IMG/VR virus record: IMGVR_UViG_3300011339_000778
Coordinates: 1-24,776 of that record
From: a virus
Taxonomy: Duplodnaviria; Caudoviricetes
Length of the DNA stretch: 24,776 bases
Strand: one strand, 5' to 3'
Both the position numbers and the translations under genes were made by a program. Below, piece by piece: positions 17,666-24,776 of the stretch; the stretch's first letter is position 1; each line of letters starts with the position of its first letter. The notes under the pieces were generated by a model. That model worked only from the letters and a program-made list of their open reading frames with translations, ran no database searches and was not told the DNA's origin.

Positions 17666-19160
17666 AAAAGTTGATATTAACATCAAGACAACTGCTGACA
17701 CCACTGGGTTGAAGCAGACCACTGTTGCTGCCAATAGTCTGACCACAGCAACAAAGGCAAACTCAGCAGCAATCAACACCACCACTGCCAATACAGGCAA
17801 AATGGGACAAGTTGCACAGGGTGCTGGCTACCAGATTCAAGACTTTGCTGTCCAAGTGGGAGGTGGCACAAATGCACTTGTGGCATTCTCACAACAGGCA
17901 CCACAGTTTCTTGGGATGTTTGGACCATCTGGTGCAATTGCTGGTGCAGTCATTGCAGTTGGTGCCATTGCAGCCAAGGTTTTTATGGGGATGGGTGAAG
18001 ATGCCACATCCGCATCAGACAAAGCTGACACCCTAGCAGAAGCAATCAAAAAGATTGGTGAAGAAGCAGGTAAGATCAAATCAGAAGAAATCGACCTTGG
18101 CAGGGATGCAATTGAGCAAGCCATTGAACTGACAAAACTACTTGCACAGGGATTCAAAGAAGCAACTGCACAAGAAAGAGAGTTTTCAATACAGGCAGTT
18201 GAAGGTTTGAATAAAATCAAAATTGCAGAGATTGAACTAAGAAAGTTAAGAAGTGGAATCACTGATGATCAAGTAGCATCTGAGAAATTTGCAGCAAGTC
18301 AAAAACTCATTGTTGACATTGCAGATCAACAAAAGAAGCAAGAAGAAGAAAAGCGACAAGCAGCAGAGAACACTCTTGAGATTGCAAGGCAAGAAGTCAT
18401 CACCAAAGGTGCTGCATTGAATGCCAGAAAAGAAGAACTGGATCTGGAGATCCAAAAACTGGCAAATCTCAAAGCGCAAAAACTAGAGTTGGAAAACATC
18501 GCCAAGCAGACATTCACTGACAGTGGAACAATGTCCGGTGCATCGGCTGGTGCTGGCATGGGAACAGTTGCCAGTAGGATCTTGCCAACTCCCGAAGCAT
18601 TAGCTGCCAAACAATCACTTGCATCCACTCCATTTGATGCACAGATTGAAGCATTAAAAGCAAGCATTGAGGCAATTGCAAAAGCCACAGACGGTGGTCT
18701 TTTGTCTGATGTGGTGTCTGCTGCCGATGGACTAGCAAAAGCTCAGGTGTCAGTGCAGACAATCTCTGATTTGGTCACAGGTCAGATTGAGCAGATCGAT
18801 CTCAAGGCACAAGAGCAACTAATAACTGAGAACACAGCACAACTACAGACACAAGCAAAGATCAATTCTGACTTGCTGAAATCTGCTTTTGAGAATGTGC
18901 AACCTCTCAACAAAACACAGCAAGAAGGGCTTTTGTTGATCGACAAAGCAACACAAGATGGGTTGTTGATTGCCTCAGAAGCAGTAGATGTGCAACGTGG
19001 CATTTCCATGGTTTTGTCAACTGCATCAACACAGCAAAAAATCACCATTGGCAATGTAAACAAGTTGATCCAACTTATGAATGGATTCAGTGGTGATCTA
19101 CTGCAACAGAAAAAACAGATTGATGCAATCAATCAAAGATATCCGGGGATTATAAAATAG
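17655..19160 (+). CDS. Tape measure protein (501 aa)
   Basis: ATG 17655 after AAAT leader; VDINIKTTADTTG start, GYQIQDFAVQVGGG...SQQAPQFLG motif of lambda-like TMP N-termini, hydrophobic stretch, long coiled coil. Confidence 0.8.
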   Translation: MAAKKVDINIKTTADTTGLKQTTVAANSLTTATKANSAAINTTTANTGKMGQVAQGAGYQIQDFAVQVGGGTNALVAFSQQAPQFLGMFGPSGAIAGAVIAVGAIAAKVFMGMGEDATSASDKADTLAEAIKKIGEEAGKIKSEEIDLGRDAIEQAIELTKLLAQGFKEATAQEREFSIQAVEGLNKIKIAEIELRKLRSGITDDQVASEKFAASQKLIVDIADQQKKQEEEKRQAAENTLEIARQEVITKGAALNARKEELDLEIQKLANLKAQKLELENIAKQTFTDSGTMSGASAGAGMGTVASRILPTPEALAAKQSLASTPFDAQIEALKASIEAIAKATDGGLLSDVVSAADGLAKAQVSVQTISDLVTGQIEQIDLKAQEQLITENTAQLQTQAKINSDLLKSAFENVQPLNKTQQEGLLLIDKATQDGLLIASEAVDVQRGISMVLSTASTQQKITIGNVNKLIQLMNGFSGDLLQQKKQIDAINQRYPGIIK

Positions 19161-19161
19161 T

Positions 19162-21105
19162 ATGCCAGTCTGGACAATAGCAGGAGAAGCAGCAAAGGCA
19201 TGGGATGCCACTGCTCAATCAATGGAATATCGGCAGATTGCTGATGCAGAGTTGACCTTCCGATCAATCGGTGTTGATGAGTTGATCATTGGCATCATCA
19301 CACAATCACTGGCAAGCTACACACCACCAGAACTTGGGCAGACCATCAAGATCTACAGGTCCGGCACACTATTCTTCACTGGCACCGTCACTGACATTCA
19401 GTCGCAGAACACAAGTGGACTCAACATCACAGTCAGTGGTCCGTGGTGGTGGCTTGATCGGATCGCCTACACCACACCGCAGACTGACAGTGCTGGATCC
19501 ACAGCAGACAGACTCACTGGGGTGTTTGGCACTGCTGGTGCTGGCACCAATCTCAAGACTGCCATTGAGACAGCAATCAACACATCAGTGGCACTGGGCG
19601 CACCAATGGCAAACATTGCCGGTGGATCCGCAGTGGCAACATATTTTGATCTGCCAAGAATCACACTCAACCAAGCATCATGCTCAGGAGTGCTGACAGA
19701 GTTGCTCAGGATTGTGCCAGACACAATGACCTACTTTGACTATTCGACTGCCACACCCACTCTGCAAGTCACACGCAGAGGTGTTGCAAGTGCGGTGGAT
19801 TTCACAGTTGGCACATCACCCATCGATGCCATGAGCATCAACCCTGTGTTTGAGCTAAAGGTCAACCAAGTGGTCTTGCCGTATGTGGACCGTGACACAC
19901 TTGGACGCACAGTGTATCAGACCCAGAGCAGTGGCACGGCATCTGCTGGCAAGATCCAAGTGGTCACCATGGGTGGTCCAGAGCTGGACACATTTCTGCC
20001 CAATGATTTGTTTGAGAAGGCAACCATCAGAACTGCTGCCAGCATTGGTGAGTTTGCAGTTGCTGCTGATCGACAGTTTGATGCTGCCAGAGCATTGGGT
20101 CTGACCACCATTGGTGCTTCACTTAGTCCATACACTTTTTCATATGCATATGCTGTTTCCGCTTTGCCGACTTTGGGTAGCAAGTATGTTGTCGCAGCAT
20201 CTACACTGAACAATGCAGAAGGTGATCCAGTCTCAGCAACTGGCAAATACTTCACTATTGGTGAAAATCTGCCAGACTGGGCAATTGAGGAGAATGGACT
20301 AATCCCAGTGACATTGGCTGGTTTGTTCTACACCACATGGATTTCAGAAACATCCTTTTATGATACAGGTGGATATTATGATTATACTGACATATACAAT
20401 GTTCCAAATTGGTTCAATTCTGTCCAATTAACGCGCACGGCATCAGGATTCAGGGGATCAAGGACTCAAGCTGACTACATACAACTTTACACTGGACCGT
20501 TGAATGCCACAGGGTTTCTGTCCAGCACATCATACCACTGGACTGGTGTTGCCAGATCGAGTAGCAGCACAACCAAGATCCAACTTGCAGTTGGTGCCAG
20601 TTCTGTTGATGATTACTATGTGGGTTTGACTGTCTCATGGCGAACATCTGGAGGTGCATCATTTACAGACACAATCACTGACTATGTTGGCAGCACAAGA
20701 CTGGCAACACTGACAAGCACATGGTCAGCTACACAAAAACCAGCAAATGGTCTGACCTACCAACTCCAAGGTCATCCACTTTATCGAGAGGCAGAATACA
20801 GTTTTCTCGCACCACCGGCTGGACTTGCTGCCAATCTGCTTGCAGCACAGAGTTTCATCGTCTATGAAGGTCAGATCAGCACTACTGAGCAGACTGCCGG
20901 TGCCGTGCGCTATCGTGGCAAAAAAATCAACGTGATTGGATCGCTGACAGCACACAGCACCATGGGTGCCATGGTGTCGGGTGAGACACTCAACCTTTTT
21001 ACCGGTCAGACCACCATCTCTCTTGGCACTCCACCAAGGGTTGACTACAGATCCCTGACTGAACGGATCCGCAAAACACCACAAGACAACATCGTTTTCA
21101 CATGA
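19162..21105 (+). CDS. Tail tip/hub protein with inserted variable domains
   Basis: 647 aa after TMP; LFFTGTV..I and GPWWWL hub-like N-terminus, TTISLG C-terminus; aromatic Thr/Ser-rich middle. Confidence 0.6.
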   Translation: MPVWTIAGEAAKAWDATAQSMEYRQIADAELTFRSIGVDELIIGIITQSLASYTPPELGQTIKIYRSGTLFFTGTVTDIQSQNTSGLNITVSGPWWWLDRIAYTTPQTDSAGSTADRLTGVFGTAGAGTNLKTAIETAINTSVALGAPMANIAGGSAVATYFDLPRITLNQASCSGVLTELLRIVPDTMTYFDYSTATPTLQVTRRGVASAVDFTVGTSPIDAMSINPVFELKVNQVVLPYVDRDTLGRTVYQTQSSGTASAGKIQVVTMGGPELDTFLPNDLFEKATIRTAASIGEFAVAADRQFDAARALGLTTIGASLSPYTFSYAYAVSALPTLGSKYVVAASTLNNAEGDPVSATGKYFTIGENLPDWAIEENGLIPVTLAGLFYTTWISETSFYDTGGYYDYTDIYNVPNWFNSVQLTRTASGFRGSRTQADYIQLYTGPLNATGFLSSTSYHWTGVARSSSSTTKIQLAVGASSVDDYYVGLTVSWRTSGGASFTDTITDYVGSTRLATLTSTWSATQKPANGLTYQLQGHPLYREAEYSFLAPPAGLAANLLAAQSFIVYEGQISTTEQTAGAVRYRGKKINVIGSLTAHSTMGAMVSGETLNLFTGQTTISLGTPPRVDYRSLTERIRKTPQDNIVFT

Positions 21106-22031
21106 ACCAGTTTGACGTAGCAATTGACAATCAAGGCAACCTGTTGGTTGCTGCTGGCACAGTTGTCAACCTCACTGCTGCCACCAGCACCACAGTGCAG
21201 TTGGGTCAGACTCTGCTGTCTAACATTGGCAACGGACCAAGACTTCGCACGATCAGCAGCGGTGCGCCTTTTTTTATTGGGGGCAATGGTGAGAACATGG
21301 CGACCACCGGCACACTCTCTGGCACTGCTGCACCGATTGGCTACTTCCAGCGCAGTGGCACAGAGACTTGGGTGGACAACTTCGGCAACACAATTGTGGG
21401 CAATGATGCTGCCAACACAGCAGAGTTGCTCATTGGCACAGATGTCATTGCCACCTTTGCCACTGCTTACACCACTGCACCTGTTGGGACATTCTCATCC
21501 ACTACCTTTGGCAAAGACACTTATAATGGCGGCACAGCATTCACTCTGACCACCACCTTTGAAGGAGGAGCTACTGCATCAACTGCATTTGTCGAGATCT
21601 TCAGTGGCACTGCTCAAGATGGCACATACACAGAAGCAACATACAACACATGGACCAACACCGGCTGGACTATTGACAGCACCACCGGGGAGATCGATGA
21701 TGGCACAGATGTTGTTGCAATCATCACCGATTTTGTCAGTGACATCAGAGATCCCACCAACACCTACGACTCGACCACCTACGGTGCAGACACCTACAAC
21801 AACGGTGCATCGTTTGTGATGGTGGTGTCATTTCTCGGCAGAATGCCAATGACAGGTTTTGTATATGTCGAGATTGTTCTTGCTGCTGGTGCGTTCAGCA
21901 CTGCTCGCGGTCCATTCTTCGGCACCTCTTTGCCAGCTAACTCTGCCACACTTGAGGTGGTCCCAATCGCCTACTCAGACGGTGGTGGGATCCTCACACA
22001 ATTTGTCAACGGTGCCATCCTTTATCGATGA
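21102..22031 (+). CDS. Thr/Gly-rich tail-associated protein with internal duplication
   Basis: 309 aa; GTDVIA...STTFGKDTYNGG repeated as GTDVVA...STTYGADTYNNG. Confidence 0.6.
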   Translation: MNQFDVAIDNQGNLLVAAGTVVNLTAATSTTVQLGQTLLSNIGNGPRLRTISSGAPFFIGGNGENMATTGTLSGTAAPIGYFQRSGTETWVDNFGNTIVGNDAANTAELLIGTDVIATFATAYTTAPVGTFSSTTFGKDTYNGGTAFTLTTTFEGGATASTAFVEIFSGTAQDGTYTEATYNTWTNTGWTIDSTTGEIDDGTDVVAIITDFVSDIRDPTNTYDSTTYGADTYNNGASFVMVVSFLGRMPMTGFVYVEIVLAAGAFSTARGPFFGTSLPANSATLEVVPIAYSDGGGILTQFVNGAILYR

Positions 22032-22720
22032 AAACTCCAGCATGTATTTTTTGCTACTCGGGAGATGCCCTGCCAGTCAGGGAGTGCATCATCGGTGCAA
22101 TTGCTGCTGGTCTGGTGCCATATGTCTTTGATGATTCACACTCACCACTGCCTCGGCACATGGTCACATGGATCCAAGACAATGGTGGACACCACATCCT
22201 GACCACCTTTGAGCGCAATGGCAATTTGAACGGCACCAAGTGTGCTGTGGGGATTGTGAGATCCATGATCCATGCCATGATCCTGTGCCGGTCAACCATC
22301 GCCATCAAGATTGACAGTGACACACTCATCATCGACGCATCACCATTCTTGGAGATGTCCACCGGTGTCTGCTCACTGGAGATTGACAGAAGGGATGCAT
22401 TTGGTTGTTGCTACAGTCTAACCATGACAGATGCTGTAGAGGTCTACATCCACCTTTGTGATGGAGAGATCAGTGATGATGTGCCAGAGGATCTTGCCAT
22501 CTGGGGTGCTGTGTGTGAACTCGGTCTGCACCACAAAATGCACAACTTCAATCCAGCCGGTGGTGCCTTCTCAGCAGTACCATCATCGTTCCACCCGGCA
22601 GACTGTCAAAAGTTCTCAGTCTGCACATTTGGCAATTCTCCACGCACACCAGAGGGTGTGACAATTTCTATGCAAAAGTTGAATAAATTCTTGCAATTAC
22701 AAACAAAAAATATAATGTAA
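22028..22720 (+). CDS. GT-A-fold glycosyltransferase-like protein
   Basis: CIFCY..D first strand, YVFDD, IKIDSDTL (DxD), FGCCYSL, PEDLAI in canonical GT-A order. Confidence 0.65.
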   Translation: MKTPACIFCYSGDALPVRECIIGAIAAGLVPYVFDDSHSPLPRHMVTWIQDNGGHHILTTFERNGNLNGTKCAVGIVRSMIHAMILCRSTIAIKIDSDTLIIDASPFLEMSTGVCSLEIDRRDAFGCCYSLTMTDAVEVYIHLCDGEISDDVPEDLAIWGAVCELGLHHKMHNFNPAGGAFSAVPSSFHPADCQKFSVCTFGNSPRTPEGVTISMQKLNKFLQLQTKNIM

Positions 22721-22725
22721 TCGCC

Positions 22726-23052
22726 ATGGCTTATACAGGTGCAAATTTTGAGTTCTGGATTGGTGAGGACATCACAATGTCTTTGACCTGTTTGCAGTCT
22801 GACGGCACTGCCTTTGACCTCACTGGATACACAGCAGATGGTGTGCTGAAGATCAACCCATCATCAGCAGTGGCACTGGATCTGGCACCCACAATCCCCA
22901 CACCGGCAAATGGTGTGGTGTTGGTGTCTGTCAACACAACTGGTGTGGCAGCAGGGGTCTATGGCTGGGATGTCCAGATCACTGAGGGATCCAATGCACC
23001 AATCGTGATTGGCTATGGCACCGCAAAACTGAGAAAGAAAAATACACCATGA
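22726..23052 (+). CDS. BppU N-terminal-like adaptor protein
   Basis: GED, DGTAFDLTGYT, NGVV.V, GVYGWDVQI motifs. Confidence 0.7.
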   Translation: MAYTGANFEFWIGEDITMSLTCLQSDGTAFDLTGYTADGVLKINPSSAVALDLAPTIPTPANGVVLVSVNTTGVAAGVYGWDVQITEGSNAPIVIGYGTAKLRKKNTP

Positions 23053-24776
23053 GTTTATCCACAGTAGAGATCAGAATTGCCAGTGCCAATCCATCACTTG
23101 TAGAACTACAGGCAACTGGATCCCCTGCCATTGTGCAGATCAACATGGGACCAACTGGACCAGCCGGTGCATCTGGTGGATCAACCAGCGCATGGAAATA
23201 CAAAGCCAAGACAAACGCGACTAGTGGTTACCCGGGCAATGGATACCTACTTTGGAACAACGCAACGCAAACGAGCGCAACAAGCATCATTGTCTCACAC
23301 CTCACCGATGGCGACACCGACATTGAGCTTTTCTTGTCCTTTTTCGTCATTAATCAAAAAATCTTTATTCAAGATCGGGATGACTCAAGCCAAAATCAAG
23401 TCTGGCGAATCACAGGAACGCCAACGGTTACGGGGGCGAATACTAGCACCGCGTATTATACTTTTCCTGTCACCTTGGTATCATCGGCGGGTGCGGCATT
23501 TACAAACAATCACTCTATTTTATTTGGGCAAATCGCAGTCGCTACAAACGCCGTTACAAGCGCGACGACCAGCGATGGAACGGCTACCCTCAGCACGTCC
23601 ACACTGACCACAGGGACGCTCACAGTATCGACCAGCGCAGTATTTAACGCGACCAGTTACACGTTCGGCACAGGGGCGGCAGAAGCACTAAAAACTGCTT
23701 TGGCAATCAGCAGCGGAGACATTACTTTTGATACCACCATTGTTTTTTCTGGAGCTAGTTCTGGAATTGCTACCACTGGCGAATTTGGTGGAATAAATAC
23801 CGCAGGGGATAGCGCAAATATTACAACTAGCGGATCAGATGCTAGGATTTACACATCAGGAGCAAATGCTGACATCCTAACAATAGATCCAAGTGCATCA
23901 ATCAGATCTAAAAACTTTGCAGCCTATTCAGCAACGGGTTCATCTTTGAACAACTCAGCAGGAGCGCAGATTTTACTCTTTGGCGTTAGTGGTCAAAACC
24001 TCACTTTTGTTAGCGGGACGGCACTGACCTTTGACAATACATCCTACACCTACGGCACAGGCGCGGCGGCGGCGCATGTAACCGCGCTAGGATTACCAGC
24101 GGCAAATACGATTGCGACATTGGCGGGAAGCGAAACCCTCACCAACAAAACGCTGACATCGCCAGCGATCAACTCGGCGACCATCGGCACGGCGGCGACA
24201 TTTAACGCGACGAGCTACACGTTCGGGGCGGGGGCAGCGGCGGCGATGAATCAAAAGATCGGAACAAACTCGGTTGACTCTCGCATTTCTTCGCTGTTTT
24301 CCGCTCCCTACAATTTTGTGCAGGATAATTTTGTCGGGAAAGCGATTGTTACTAGCGGCAATTACGGCCAATTGAATTGGGGCATTGCTGGATCGGCATC
24401 ACTCAGCAGCGACCTTGGTTATTATGTCGCAGGTTACCCTGGCGGCACAAGCATATCGACAAACAACAACGCTTTTTTCCTTTATCTTTTTGGGACATCA
24501 GCAGCAAACATCGCCCTCATAAATGACACTGTTTTCGATTTAGTTTTTAACACATCGACAAACACAAACACGGTGCAAAACTTTTTCGTAGGGCTAAGAA
24601 GTTGGATTAGCGCAACAGCGGAAACAGGACGGCGCGGATTATCATTCGAGGCTGGAGTCGATACAAATTGGCAACTCCTGCATGAGACAAGCGCGGGAGT
24701 GCAAACAAAAATAGACACCGGCAAGCCAGCACTCAGCAATCAGACAGTCAGAGTGACTATAAAATTTGTAAGCGCA
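23049..24776 (+). CDS. Tail fibre/receptor-binding protein, partial (576 codons, open to window end; absent from ORF track)
   Basis: Manual translation MSLSTVEIRIASANPS...GPTGPAGASGG...ETLTNKTLTSP...RVTIKFVSA with no stop found; ATGA overlap with upstream gene. Confidence 0.85.
   Translation, partial: MSLSTVEIRIASANPSLVELQATGSPAIVQINMGPTGPAGASGGSTSAWKYKAKTNATSGYPGNGYLLWNNATQTSATSIIVSHLTDGDTDIELFLSFFVINQKIFIQDRDDSSQNQVWRITGTPTVTGANTSTAYYTFPVTLVSSAGAAFTNNHSILFGQIAVATNAVTSATTSDGTATLSTSTLTTGTLTVSTSAVFNATSYTFGTGAAEALKTALAISSGDITFDTTIVFSGASSGIATTGEFGGINTAGDSANITTSGSDARIYTSGANADILTIDPSASIRSKNFAAYSATGSSLNNSAGAQILLFGVSGQNLTFVSGTALTFDNTSYTYGTGAAAAHVTALGLPAANTIATLAGSETLTNKTLTSPAINSATIGTAATFNATSYTFGAGAAAAMNQKIGTNSVDSRISSLFSAPYNFVQDNFVGKAIVTSGNYGQLNWGIAGSASLSSDLGYYVAGYPGGTSISTNNNAFFLYLFGTSAANIALINDTVFDLVFNTSTNTNTVQNFFVGLRSWISATAETGRRGLSFEAGVDTNWQLLHETSAGVQTKIDTGKPALSNQTVRVTIKFVSA
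23643..24245 (+). repeat. Three dispersed in-frame repeats F(N/D)xTSYT(F/Y)GxGAA at 23643-23681, 24030-24074, 24201-24245
   Basis: Seen in DNA and protein; copies 1 and 3 match at 32/39 nt. Confidence 0.85.

Noticed and set aside
23131-23607. 158-aa + strand ORF and minus ORFs at 24093-24371 and 24482-24739
   Set aside because: Out-of-frame or antisense shadows of the continuous tail fibre ORF from 23049
23643-24245. Diversity-generating retroelement TR/VR pair or invertible shufflon
   Set aside because: Repeats are short, direct and in-frame, with differences not confined to adenines; no reverse transcriptase or invertase in the window
1-24776. tRNA/rRNA genes, stop-codon reassignment, introns or inteins
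   Set aside because: None recognised by eye; genes tile densely under the standard code and TerL and capsid are of ordinary length; not checked with covariance models

Overview
Fragment of a tailed dsDNA bacteriophage (Caudoviricetes, probably siphovirus-like; no sheath, integrase or transposase recognised). A leftward replication/early arm (partial ORF, DUF2800/Cas4-like nuclease, small genes, 784-aa primase-SF3 helicase) and a rightward arm diverge from an ~850-bp non-coding region with nested inverted repeats (candidate origin). The rightward arm runs: wHTH regulator, MuF-like head protein with a C-terminal HEXXH metallopeptidase plus a small coupled ORF, TerS, TerL, Mu-type portal, protease with nested scaffold, capsid, cement, neck, tail tube, short tape measure, tail-tip proteins, a GT-A-like glycosyltransferase, a BppU-like protein and a tail fibre running off the window end. 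Most notable: a candidate MuF toxin/immunity pair; a portal apparently split by an inserted 'WGG' domain; near-total GGCC and CCWGG avoidance broken only in the mosaic tail fibre; a glycosyltransferase in the tail operon; and a 22-bp sequence shared by two unrelated genes. Family assignments rest on recalled motifs and synteny, motif scans were by eye, and no database search was run.
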